Source: Octopus sinensis
Lineage: Eukaryota
Reading direction: 5' to 3'
Assembly: GCF_006345805.1 (NCBI RefSeq)
Contig: NC_042998.1
Span: 151,776,001 to 151,840,000, forward strand
Length of the DNA stretch: 64,000 nt
The notes under the pieces were generated by a model that had not been told where the DNA came from, made no database searches, and saw only the letters and a program-made list of their open reading frames with translations. Position 1 is the stretch's first letter. The number at the start of each line of letters is the position of its first letter. Made by a program: the position numbers and the translations under genes. Below are positions 12,096 through 24,964 of this stretch, in pieces.

Positions 12096-13708
12096 CTAGC
12101 AGAATTGCCCGGCGTTGCTCGGGGCTGAATTGCTTGAAAGTACTGTTAATGATTGCACTGAATTATGATGATTATTCAGGCAAATATTGAAATAAGCTTA
12201 CGGTGGGAGATAAGGACTTAACGCCAAACGTGTGCCATTGCATTGTTTTGGGGGAACCAAATTTCTGATGAGCATTATAGGGGCACTAACTTTAAGTTTG
12301 AGAAAGTGTGGTGGTAGTCCGGGGTGCTCAAAGGAATTGAGTACCTCTATTGGATAGTTGATGACGTCCTCTGGGTCAGGAGTTGTATCGATAGACTGAT
12401 ATACATCGACTTCCCCAGGAATGAGTTTTAGCATTTCATCATTAATATGGTGAACAGTTTTATTCCTCGGGGCCAGTATAGCCTTTTTGCCAATCCAATC
12501 CATATTCTGATAATTAGCTTGTAAATCTGGGAACACTGCATCTCTGAGATCAGAAGGCGTCTTAACAATGGTACAAATGGAATCGATGGCAATATTACCA
12601 TTTTCATCCCCTGGTATTTTGCCTTCGCCAAGTGCAAGGAGAGTGTGAGGAAATGCTGGTGATGTGATATTACGTCGCATATGAGCACGCATATTGGTGT
12701 GAAGTTTGAGAGTTACTTCCGTTTATTTTAAAAAATATGCATTAACATGGAAAAAAATGATGGTAAATTATTTGTAAAATCATAGACTCATCGTAGACGC
12801 GCGCTAATACCCAGAAGGGCTCGATATGAATCACGACTATAAGATACCCGGTTTCAGTTTAGTCTTCCTCAAATCACTCTGTCGCTATTTACTTTCATTT
12901 TATTCGTTGCACACTGTGTGTGTGCGTGTGCGTGTGGTGTAAACCACATTAAGAAAAGCATTTGACACACACACCATCGCAAAATGTGGGAGTAGTTAGG
13001 AATCTAAATCGGAGTAGACAGACACACAACCTTTCTTTTATATATAAATACATACATACACACACACATACATACACACACACACACACACACATACATG
13101 CATACATACATATACACATAAACCGAGTAAAAAATTTCAGTTATCTCTCTCTTTCACACATTACTCTCTCTGTCTCTTCACACACACTAACAGAAGCACT
13201 TCACTTACACAACATACTGTCTGTCTCCCACACTCCATCAAACAGACACACACACACACATGTACATCAATGAGTCCCATGCACGGTAACTTCAAAGGAA
13301 CTTCCCTCGTCATACAATCGCTTTCTCTTAGTCTCTTTCGCTCTCATTACTTATGTAAAAAAATAAAAGTTTTTTTCTATGTGTGTAAAGAGGAAGTGGG
13401 AGGCAGAGTGAAAGAATCACTCACTACAGTAAGTGAATTACTTTCATTTTATTCCTTGCCCACTGTGTGTGTGCGTTTGCGTGTGGTGTAAACCAGACTA
13501 AGAAAAGCATTTGACACACACACCAGAATGTGAGTTTTCTGTAAATTTTGCTTAATTGGAGTTTAAATTTTAAAAACTGGACCTGGCATGACGCGATGCA
13601 TTGTACTCTTAAAACTGCTAGGTAAATTGTAATTGAAGAAATCCTATATTGTAGATTTGTATAACTCCCAAAGGGAGGCAGATAAAATCTGCCTTTTATA
13701 ATAAGAGA
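12096..13708 (-). mobile_element. complete non-autonomous Helitron (1613 bp)
   Basis: 5' TC at 13708 after A; 3' hairpin CCCGAGCAACGCCGGG then CTAG ending at 12096 before T; removing it restores LINE codons GCC TGG ATA GAC TAT. Confidence 0.92.
12198..12692 (-). pseudogene. PIF1-family helicase fragment from the Helitron RepHel
   Basis: LLALGEGK...VFPDL...AILAPRN..VHHIN...GLPPHFLKLKV.APIMLIRNL.P..QCNGTRL. Confidence 0.9.
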
Positions 13709-14974
13709 TCCAGGCTATTGATAAGTTTTTGTGTCGTTTGTGACGATCTTCTAAGATCATCTTATTGATGAGTAGTTGGTCTTTACAGCCGTAGGATCCA
13801 CGTTTACATCCTTTCTGTTCATTAGGGAATATGCTGCTGTCTGTTAAAAAACTATAGGTATATTCCGTCAGGACAGATGTTAGTGTTTTGTACATAGTTG
13901 TTAAGCAGGTTATGGGTCTATAGTTTTTTGGTTCATTTGTTTCATCACTTTTTGGAAGCAGGAATGTTAACCCATTAACTAGCGAAGGAGGCATCCTACT
14001 AGGGTGTTGCAAAACATCATTGTACAGTTCTGTTAGCAGTTCATGGCTCTCTGGGAAGGCATTCAGCCAGAAGTTAGGAATTTTATCCTTTCCTGGAGAC
14101 TTCCATTTGCTTGACCTCCTGAGAGCAGATCTTATATCCTCTACCTTGACACCCTCCCACTTTTGCTCTGCTAAGGGGTCCAGTTCTGTAGATATTTTGT
14201 CAATCCAGGGGGCCTTTTCGTTGTGTGTTTTTTCTTCTGCCCAGATTTTATTCTAAAATCCCTGCACTTCTTCTTTTGATGGTACAGACCTTGCAGTAAA
14301 CGCTGTTTTTCCTATCTTCCTGTAAAAATTCTTGGTGTTATTTTTGAACATGCTGTTGTCCTTGAAAAATCTAACACGTTTTTCATACCTCGCTATGCGG
14401 GCAGCTTTGGCAGATACCTTTTGTTTGATGGTTTCTATGGTGGCATCAATATTAAGTATAGTTTTCATATTGTATTTTTTCAGTAATTTTTGGGTTTTTA
14501 TGGGTTTGGTAGTCTTGTGAGCCTTAAGGTTTTTCAAATATTCAATGTCAGATCTAAATATTTTAATTTGTTGTTGCAGACGCTCTTGCCAAGAAGGCTT
14601 GTTGTGGGAATGTTGCCGTTTTCTAATCTTTACACCACATAGGATCGTTGAGATTTTCGCGGATGCATAGTATAGGTGGTTGAGGTTTGTGATATCAACA
14701 TCATTAGCTGAAATTATATCCTTAAGTGCAAGCCGGATTTTACCAATTATTTTCATGTTTTGGTTAGAGTTGCGGATTTTAGGAAGTGTATCACGTTCAT
14801 CCATGCTGGTTTCTTTAATTTTCAGCCATTCAATCATGATTTGGTTTTTTAGCTCATGTAGTTCTGTTGGGTCAATATTTGTGTGACTTTCTTTATCTAT
14901 TTGATGCTCATCTGTCTTAGTGTTTATGATTGGTTCAGGAAGTATTTCACTTTGCCTATCACTTATACTAACTC

Positions 14975-15047
<73 letters not shown>

Positions 15048-15062
15048 TACTATTATTATTAT

Positions 15063-15103
<41 letters not shown>

Positions 15104-15224
15104 TTATTATTATTATTACTATTATTATTATTATTATTACTATTATTATCATTATTATTATTATTATTATTATTATCATCATCATCATCATTATTATTAT
15201 CATTAGTAGTAGTAGTAGTAGTAT

Positions 15225-16012
15225 GTGATGAAAATTCACAGCTTATTTTGCTGGGTGGGATGGAAAGTGTCAGCTGTCCACAGCTGTCCAAGCTGACACT
15301 TGTTTACTGGTCATGCTTCAAGAATCATGCGAAAAAGTTTTGCAGTTCCAAGCAATGCTGATTTTTGTAACCGTTCTACCTTCACACTTGCACCAATCTT
15401 TTTCAGCCATGCTGGTAGTTGAGTGCTGATACTTCCAAGTGCACCAATTACTATTGGTATCACATCTACTCTCCTCATTGACCACAACCTTCATATTTCC
15501 CACTTTAAATCGTCATAGTTGTTTATTTTTTCTTCTTCTTTCTCATTGATCCTGTTGTCACCGGGGTATGCTATGTCAATTATCATGATTGTTCTTTCTT
15601 TTTTATTCACCACAACAATATCCAGTTTCCGATATATTGCATCCCACAGGGTTTTGCAATTCTCACTTTCGCTGACTCCTTCCAGAGACACATACCATGT
15701 CTTTGCTCTTTGTAGGCTGTGATTTCCACAGAGCTCCCAATGGATCATTCTTGCTACATTGTCATGGCGTCTTTTGTGCCAATTTCGAACATTCGCTAAC
15801 GATGTGCCATACCGTTTCACCCCTCTCACCACACATTCTGCATTTGTCACTGTCGGTAATGTTGTCTGTTCTGCACTTCACATACTTGCTCCTTAAAGCT
15901 TGTCCTTCTGCTGGGCATATGATTGCTTCTGTCTCTATCTTCAGCTCACTCCTCATCATCCATAGTCACCGGTCCTCTGTATCTGTCTTTGCGTCCATAT
16001 CTCTTGCAAGCA
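15225..16012 (-). mobile_element. R4/Dong 3' fragment (knuckle, endonuclease, 3' UTR), second family
   Basis: CRMCGERGETVWHIVSECSKLAQK, RRHDNVARMIHWELC, IDIAYPGD..EEEKINNY; 3' UTR hairpin AGTGTCAGCT..AGCTGACACT. Confidence 0.8.
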
Positions 16013-16210
16013 TTTATTATTGTTGTTGTTGTTGTTGCTGTTGTTATCATCATCATCATCATCATCATCAACATCATCATCATCATTATTATTATTATTC
16101 ACATATAATCAGCAGATTAGGCTGTTGGATAAGAAAAGAATCCTAATATTGAGCTACAAGTTGCCTTAGATGCCAAGGATCCTCCTACGGGCTACAGCAC
16201 GTAACCTTAA

Positions 16211-16270
<60 letters not shown>

Positions 16271-16301
16271 CATCATCATCATCATCATTATTATTATTAT
16301 T

Positions 16302-16870
16302 GCCTTTGTACAGCTTCTAACGCTGGAGATGTACTACGGTGTCAGCTGTTCACTACCAGTGAACTAAGGTAAGACCTCTTATTTTTCAAGCACCTTCCGG
16401 AATATTCGAGCGGTTCCAAGCAGTGCTGTTTTCTGCAAGTGATCCACCTTTATTGTAGCCCCTATTTGTTCCATGTACTTGTCAAGATTTTTACTCACTG
16501 TTCCTATGGGTGTAGTGCCCCATGCAACGTCATCAACTTTCTCGTCCTTCTATCCAGTACTACTCTTAACTAGTTTTTCTCTTTTCAAGGTTATTTTGGA
16601 ACATATTTCTAAGCCAAATTTCATGTTTATTTCTAGGTTATTTCATGTTTATTTCTTGCACAGTCTGTAGTAATGTTTATCATTTGTAGCGTAGACTTTT
16701 AGATTATCCATAGACAAGATATGGCTGATGGTTTTGCTGTAACACTTGTATCCATGCCCAGTTCTATTTAGCATGTCAAATAAAGGTGTCAGTGCAAAGC
16801 AGAAAAGGAGTGGAGAGATCGTGTCTCCCTAGAATATTCCTCTTCTAATGGGGATAGCTTTGGTGTTTAT
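16302..16870 (-). mobile_element. defective chimeric R4 derivative, copy 1
   Basis: Deleted RT fused to an endonuclease C-terminus and 3' UTR; inverted homolog of 22155-22685. Confidence 0.8.
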
Positions 16871-16967
16871 TATTAATGTTGTTGTTGTTATTATTATCAT
16901 CATCATCATCATCGTCATCATCATCATCATCATCATCATCATTATTATTATTATTATTATTATTATT

Positions 16968-19672
16968 CAGTAGTTTTATTTTTATAACGTGCTTTCACTT
17001 CACAACCGAGTGCAGCTCTGTGTGCCTTGGGTATGTGCTGTGATTTGTTGTGATGCTCTGATGGTTACTGTATTGAAAGTGTTCTGTGTAGGATGTATGC
17101 AGTGCCTAGTAGTGCAATTTTCTGTATGTTATATGTGTTTGTAAGTCCTGGTGTTTTTGTTATGTATTTGTCTGAATATTGTTTTATCATGCCTAATGCA
17201 CCTACTATGATAGGAATTATTTCTGTTTTTAGATTCCACATTCTAGTTACCTCTACTTCCCGGTCTTTGTATTTTGAAAGTTTCTCCATTTCTTTTAGAG
17301 ACACGTTGTCATCTGCCGGTATTGATACATCAGTTAGAAAGCATTTTTTTCTTCATGATCTCTGACAACTATATCTGGTCTGTTGGCCTTAATTTCTCTA
17401 TGTGTGTGTATTGGCATATCCCAGAGTATGGTTGCTTTCTCGTTTTCTGTGACCTTTTTTGGTGTGTGCCTATACCATCCTTTTTCTGTTGTTATTCCAT
17501 AATGTTAGCATAGCTTCCAGTGTATGTAGGTCCCAATTCTGTCGTGTCTGTGAATATATTCCTTCTTAGCCAGGACTGGGCAGCCAGAGATAATATGATT
17601 TATTGTTTCTTGTCCATCTCCACATATTCTGCAATTACTCGTTATATTTCTTTTCATTACATGATTTTGGTAATTTCTGGTGGGGAGGCTTTGGTCTTGT
17701 GCTGCAATTAAAAATCCCTCTGTTTCTGCTTTGAGTCCTGAGCTTCTCAACCATTGCTGGGATTTTTCTTTGTCTATTTCTTTTGCATTTAGTTTAGCCC
17801 AGTACTTGCCATGAAGGGGCTATTCTTGCCATCGTTTTATCATGATCCGTTGCTGTTCTAGTTTTAGTTTTGATTTCATTTGCTTTATAGCTTTTGTTGT
17901 GTTTTCTTCTTCTTCTTCTTCTTCTTCTTCTTCTTCTTCTTCTTCTTCTTCTTCTTCTTCTTCTTCTTCTTCTTCTTCTTCTTCTTCTTCTTCTTCTTCT
18001 TCTTCTTCTTCTTCTTCTTCTTCTTCTTCTTCATATTTGTTAGGTGGTATGATTTCTTGTTTGTATTTGTCAGCTTCCTTAAATACTGAGGACACTTTTT
18101 TGTTTTGCTCGTGTTTTACCGCTATTTGTATCAGTTTTCCTTGCTTCAGAAGTAAGTATTTTTGCAGTCCTATGGTGGTTATTTTATAGAAGTTTTCCAG
18201 CTTTATAAGGCCTCTACCACCTTCTATACGTTGTATATATAGCCTTTCTATGTCAGATTTTGGGTGATGTATCTTAGATCCTGTCCTTATTTTTCTTGTT
18301 TTCCTATCTATTTTGGTCAGTTCATTTAGTGTCCAGTTAAAGATATTGTAGCTGTAACTTATAACTGGGACGGCTAAAGTGTTAATACCTATTATCTTGT
18401 TTTTAGCATTGAGCTCTGTTTTTAGTATTGATCTAACTCGTCTATTATCTTTTTATATTTTCTCTTTCATTTGTGTGTGTTGTGTCTTATCTAGTTCATG
18501 GATTCCTATGTATTTGTAAGTTTTGCCTTGGTCTAATTCTTTTATTTCATTGGTTTTATCTAGTGTGATGTTGCTACTCTTAACTAGTTTTCCTCTTTTC
18601 AGGGTTACTTTCGCCCATTTTTCTAATCCAAATTTCATATCTATTTCTTTGGTAAATCCATGAACAGTCTTTAGTAGTGTTTCCAGCTGTTTGTCATTTG
18701 TAGCGTATAGTTTTAGGTCATCCATATATAAAAGGTGGCTGATCGTTTTGCCGTAACATTTATATCCGCATCCAGTTCTATTTAGCATATCAGATAGAGG
18801 TGACAGTGCCAAGCAGAAAAGGAGTGGAGAGAGCATGTCTCCCTGGAATATTCCTCTTTTAATGGGGATGGCTTTGGTTTTCATGAGTCCCTCTTTTGTT
18901 TGGAGCTGTAGCACTGTTTGCCATTTGTTCATAGTGTCCTATGTATTTTATGATTGTTGGTGCTACTTTGTTAATGGCTAGTGTTGCGAGGATCCATGTA
19001 TGGGGATGCTATCAAACGCCTTTCTGTAGTCGATCCATGTCATACTGAGGTCTTTCTCCTTTCTGTGGCTATCTTCAGTTATGGCTTTATTGATCATCAG
19101 TTAATCTTTATCGCCAAATGAGCCTTTGCGGCATCCTTTCTGCTCTTCTAGAAAGAGATTCTTTTCGTCCAGGTGCTTGTTTAATCTTTGTACATTGTAG
19201 GGAGACAGGTTATAGGTCTGTAGTTTTCTGGTTTTGCTGTCTTATTGGATTTGGGAATTAAGATGGTTTTCCCCTTCGTGAGCCATTCAAGCATTGTGTC
19301 TGGCTTTGCCAGTATGTTGTTAAAGTTTTCAGCCAGCTTTTTGTGCATTTCTGGTAGATATTTCAACCAGAAGTCTTGTCATGCCCAGGTGCCTTCCAGT
19401 TGCTTATTCTTTGTAGTGCCTGGGTGACCTCTTCAGTTGTTATGGGGGGTCCAAATTTGCGCAGATGCTATGTTTGTTATTTTAATACACCTTTTTTTTG
19501 GTTGTTCATTCGCCGACCATATTCCTTTCCAGAATTTTTCCACTTCTTCTGCCGTTGGTGTTGCAGTGATGTCTATTTTATTTTTCCAAGTTCTTGGTAG
19601 AACTTTTTGGGGTTGGAGTTGAACTTTTTGTTTTGTTCAAAGAAACGTTGGCGTTTCTCATACCGCGGATCC
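16968..19672 (-). mobile_element. 5'-truncated R4/Dong element, third family, with an internal (GAA)n expansion
   Basis: KPENYRPITCLPT, FQGDMLSPLLF, YMDDLKLYAT, CRICGDGQETINHIISGC, KEMEKLSKYKD; both ends in (TAA)n. Confidence 0.9.
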
Positions 19673-19721
<49 letters not shown>

Positions 19722-21506
19722 CATCATCATCATCATCATCTTCTTTATGAGATGCTGAAAGTCCTTGAAACATAATCTGAGTTTTACCTTATCGATTATT
19801 CAAACGATTGATTGATGTAGGAAAGTTGTACGACGTTATATAACATAAATACCTGTAAAGTCATCGAAATATTAGTAATCAACGAAATTTGACCGGCTGT
19901 CATCTGACGTCCTCGTCATCATCATCATTATCATCACTACAACAACAACAACAACAATAATAATAATATTCATATTATTCCCAGTATTCATAGTAAATCC
20001 TTTCTTCCTAATCACACATACCTTTCTATACTTCATCCTAACCGATTACCTATGTTTCTTTTCCTTCTTCTTCTTCTTCTTCTTCTTCTTCTCCTTCTTC
20101 CTCCTCCTCCTCCTCCCTCTCCTCCTTATCCTTCTCTTCCTTTCTTTTCTTCATTTGTTTTCTTTCATCTCAGTCCCTTTGCAGCTATTTCCCTTTTTCC
20201 TGCCTTTCTTCTCTTTTCACTCCTCGTCTCTTTCTCTCCCTCGCTTCATCAATGGCCGCTCTCACAATGTGCGAGGGGTTCAACCAACCAGAATTTAATC
20301 CTTCCCAATGCGCTATAACTCTTCGACCGGATCAATGGAAATCGACCTTTATACTCTCAGCCCTGGGTTATATTTTTGAAATCTAAACCGAGAAATACAG
20401 ATATTTCCTTTGACTAACAAACAGACTTTTATTTAATGAACATGTTGAGATTCAGAGTCGCATGGCATCGATACCACAGAGGTTTGCTCTGAGGTATTCT
20501 AGATATCTCATAATATTGTGTTTGCGCTTCTCTGAAAAGACTGTGATATTGTGTTGCAATGACCATTGCATTACGAATACATATCAAGATATTAAGTCCA
20601 CTCTTGTAAGCAGTTCCATGCTACGGTATATATGGATTAAAGCTGACCACGTAAACCATATATTTTATCTACCATTATTTTGTTACTTTTTCTATCGCAA
20701 CTGTGTTTTATACTTCTGTTTGAAGAGGGAATAGGAGACGCGCCCTTATTTTTATGTAAGCCATGAACAGTGATATAAGAGAAAGCTAATAGCGAGATGA
20801 ATGTTACAGTTGGTTGTAAATAGGAGGAACAGTAAAAATAATATATTTTAACGAATAAAGTATTACTTCAATTCTATAAGACAAAGAGACTTGACGTTTC
20901 GGACGTTACTAATCAGAAGACAGGGGGCATAAAAAGAATCACAAAGAGAAATACTCTGAGAGAAAAGAAGGCTAAGTTAGAAACCAGATGGGAATACTGT
21001 TTAAGGCGTGGAGTGGAGTTAAGAAATGTTGAAAGGACGAGTGTGTAGAGGCAAATATAAGGATGAATCTATGTCTGAAAACGGGAAAAAGTGTCGGGTA
21101 GAATGGATGTGTCTTAATGTATTGTAAGCAAGTGGAGAGAGTTTTGCAAGCATTAAAATATCTAGAATTTTCCTTGAGAAGAGCATTGTCACTGTGAATT
21201 TTCTTTCTCCTTTTACTCTTTATTTTCTTTTTCTTTTTCTCATTTTTCTTATTTTCTTTTCTTTTTCTTTCTTTCTACTTTCCCCTTTTTGCTTCACATG
21301 ACTTTGTAAATGAACAGTCTCGTGTGTTTATTTTAATGGTCTACCTATTTAATGGACTACTTAATTATTATACTATACAGTGGGTTTCTTTGCCCTAGGA
21401 GTCGGGAAGACACTACCAATTGTAACATTCATCTCGTTATTAACTTTCTCTTGTATCACTGTTCGTGGTTTACATATTATTTGATATTAATATTAATAAT
21501 AATAAT

Positions 21507-21544
<38 letters not shown>

Positions 21545-21707
21545 TTTTTTTATGTATTAGACATTCACTAGTACAACACCAAAAAAAACCCAAATATATG
21601 GCACACTAGACATAACAACAACGTGACCTTCCAACCTGTTGTCTCTTGAGGTCTCTGGGTGAGACTTGGAGCCAACTTGTACAGACATAAAGCAAATGTC
21701 AAACATA

Positions 21708-21710
<3 letters not shown>
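21545..21710 (+). mobile_element. solo 3' UTR of the 9974-14975 R4 family inside (AAT)n
   Basis: Matches the reverse complement of 9974-10115 (ATTAGACATTCACTAGTACAACACC...GTCAAACATAGAATAATAAT). Confidence 0.85.
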
Positions 21711-21753
<43 letters not shown>

Positions 21754-21784
21754 CATTATAATGATGATGATGATGATAATCAAC

Positions 21785-22685
21785 TGAAACGGTAAACCCA
21801 CAAAATTACGGACCAATAACTTGTCTCCCTACAATTTATAAAGCCTTTACTACTATAATATCGCAGAGAATGGTCAAACATCCGGAAGAAAACAACATGT
21901 TTCCAGAAGAGCAGAAGGGATGTTGTAAGTGATCATACAGCTGCAAAGACCAGCTACTGACGAATAAAACAATAACTGGAGACAGCCACAGGTATGTCCA
22001 TAATCGATTATCGAAAGAGTTTTGATAGTATTCCCCACACATGGATCCTAGAAACACTAGCCATGAACAAGGTAGTACGAATAATCATAAAATATATAAA
22101 ACATTCCATGAATAAATGACAGACGGTGCTACAACTCCAGACAAAAGAGGGACTCAGAAACACCAAAGACATCCCCAATAGAAGAGGAATATTCTAGGGA
22201 GACACGATCTCTCCACTCCTTTTCTGCTTTGCACTGACACATTTATTTGACATGCTAAATAGAACTGGGCGTGGTTACAAGTGTTACAGCAAAACCATCA
22301 GCCATATCTTGTCTATGGATAATCTAAAAGTCTACGCTACAAATGATAAACATTACTACAGACTGTGCAAGAAATATACATGAAATAACCAAGAAATAAT
22401 CATGAAATTTGGCTTAGAAATATGTTCCAAAATAACCTTGAAAAGAGAAAAACTAGTTAAGACAGAAGGACGAGAAAGTTGATGACGCTGCATGGGGCGC
22501 TACACCCATGGGCACAGTGAGTAAAAATCTTGACAAGTACATAGGGGCTACAATAAGGGTGGATCACTTGCAGCGCTCGAATATTCCGGAAGGTGCTTGG
22601 AAAATAAGAGGTCTTACCTTAGTTCACTGGTAGCGAAGAGCTGACACCGTAGTACATCTCCAGCGTTAGAAGCTGTACAAATGCA
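21785..22685 (+). mobile_element. defective chimeric R4 derivative, copy 2 (longer at the 5' end)
   Basis: NYGPITCLPT, DY.KSFDSIPH, stop in QGD (TTC TAG GGA GAC), same fusion and 3' UTR as 16302-16870. Confidence 0.8.
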
Positions 22686-22939
22686 ATAACAACAACAAAA
22701 ACAACAACAATAGCAATAATAATAATGATAATAATAATAATAATAATAATCATGCCGTTATTTTAAAATTGTGTTATAGTTGTGGTTCTCATGAAAACCA
22801 GGGCTATATCGTTATGTAGTACGTTAAATACAGTTAAAACATTTGTTTGCTCTTCCACAGCAACGTAAGTAGGTTGAGAGCATGCATGAGTAATATGTTA
22901 ATAATAAAATGTAATCCGAACGACGTTCACAAGGCTGGA

Positions 22940-24859
22940 GATTTTAGGGAAGGTATCGCGTCCGATAGCTTCTATTACGGTATCAGTAATGTTCCACAAC
23001 ATCTAAAATTTCTTACTTTCTAGTATTTTATTAAATTTATGTTCGTACCATTTATCAGTATGCCCAAATCCTAGTTATCTACATAACTCCCAGTGGATTA
23101 CTCTCCCTTGATCGTCATGTCTTTTCTTGTATTCTTTCTGTACTAGCATGCTACATTCACTTACTATTTGAGTAACGCCTTCCTCTTTTTATTTGCATAT
23201 CCTACATTGGGAATCTACTTGGTTTTTGTCTATCTTGGCTTTTATCCAATTAGTCCTTAATGCCTGATGTTGTACAGTTACTAACAAACTTTCTGCCTGA
23301 CTTTTCAACTTTCCTGTCTGCAAACATGACTATGTTTCACTACTACTATTTGCTAAAACTATCTTTGGGAATCTACCAGGCAACACCTTCTACCAGTCAG
23401 ATAACTTCAGTTCTTTTTTCCTGATTTTTAAGTTCGTTTGGGAGGGAGACTGAATTTTAAAGTTCGTTTGGGAGGGAGATCTGAATTTTAAAGCTCCACA
23501 ACATCTTATATTACTTACGTTTTAGTACTTTATTAGGTTCATACCCGTACTATTTATTAGTATGTTCAACTCCTAGCTTTCTACATAGCTCCCAGTGGAT
23601 TGCTCCCCCTTTTCTTGTATTCTTTCTGTGTCGGCATACAACATTTACTTAATATATGAATTACACTTTCCTCTTTTGATTCGCATAATCTACATTGGGA
23701 ATCTACTTGGTTTTTGTCCAATTGGGTGTTATCCAATTAGTCCTTAATGCTTGATCCTATGCAGCTTCTAACAAACTTTCTGTCCCACTTTTCAACTGTC
23801 CTGACTGCAAACATAACCATGTCTCATTAATGCTATTTGCTAAAACTATCTTTAGGAATCTACCATGCGGCGCCGTCTCCTGCCAGTCAGATAATTTCAG
23901 TTCTTTTTCTGATTTTTATGCTCGTTTGGGCTTTTGGTTTCCCTATGTCTTGCTGTGATTTTAGCAGCTTTTAATAAACTTTCTTCATTATTACCTACAT
24001 AGGACTCTAGGTAATTCCACGCAGTCTTCTACTGATATTAACCCTGTTTAGCATTCCTTGTAGGTATAATCTTGCAACTCCTGCCCTTAGGTGGAGTCCT
24101 CCATTCTTCTTGAATTCCATCCTAGTTCTTCTGTTTAGCTTCGCCAATTCAGTTTTTGTCCAATGTACAGAAGCGGTTGAGTATCCAAGTAATGATACTG
24201 TCCAAGTATTTGCAGCCTTCACTAGATTCGGACCATTTAGATTTGACTTCATTAGCTTACTTACCCTTTTAATGTACTCCTTCTCAATTTTCATTTTCGT
24301 TGTTATAGTTAGTACTCTGTCAGATACTAATACTCCTAGATACTTATAATCCTCTCCTCCTGTCAATGATTTTAATGTATAGCCATCTGGTAATTGGATG
24401 CCTTCGCTGTTGATTATCTGTCCCCTTTTCATGACTAATATTGCACAATTATCTAAGTAAAATTTCATGCCTATATCTTTGCTGAAGAGTTTTACAGTCT
24501 GTATTACGGGATCAATCTCTTTTTCATTCTTACTAAAAAGTTTCAGATCATCTCTGTAGAGCTAATTTTTCTCTTAGTATTTCTGAACTGATATCCTGCC
24601 TTTGCCTTCCCTAATATTAAAATGAGGGGCATCAGACATAAGACAAATATTAAAGGGTACAGCGAGTCCCCCTGGAAAATTTTTCTTTTGATATTAACTT
24701 ACCTTAAGTTTGTGTCACCTGAATAGAGATCTACTTTCCATTTCCTCATGCTACAGCTAATTAATTCTCTCATGTTGTCTGCTATACTGAATATACTCAA
24801 ACATTCACTTATCCATGCGTTGGGATCATGCCATAGGCTTTCCAATAATCTATCCATTC

Positions 24860-24860
<1 letters not shown>
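22940..24860 (-). mobile_element. decayed R4/Dong element, fourth family, with a tandemly duplicated knuckle region
   Basis: WIDYWKAY, MKFYLDNCAILVMKRGQ, YKYLGV; two ~0.45-0.5 kb copies of the CRIC...HWELC region (~22990-23480, ~23495-23925). Confidence 0.75.
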
Positions 24861-24957
<97 letters not shown>

Positions 24958-24964
24958 TTGAGTG

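Larger units (their letters stand above)
9974..14975 (-). mobile_element. near full-length R4/Dong-clade non-LTR retrotransposon interrupted by a Helitron, flanked by (TAA)n at both ends
   Basis: RT motifs NYRPITCL, AWI|DYKKAFDSLPH, FQGDSLSPLLF, YMDDLKLFAK; CRVC..ETIDHVVSKC knuckle; restriction-like endonuclease NRPDIIL..LID...KLSKY; 3' UTR followed by (AAT)n. Confidence 0.92.

Noticed and set aside
20271-20410. Short ORF MAALTMCEGFNQPEFNPSQCAITLRPDQW...
   Set aside because: About 45 codons, no homology recognised, no splice support
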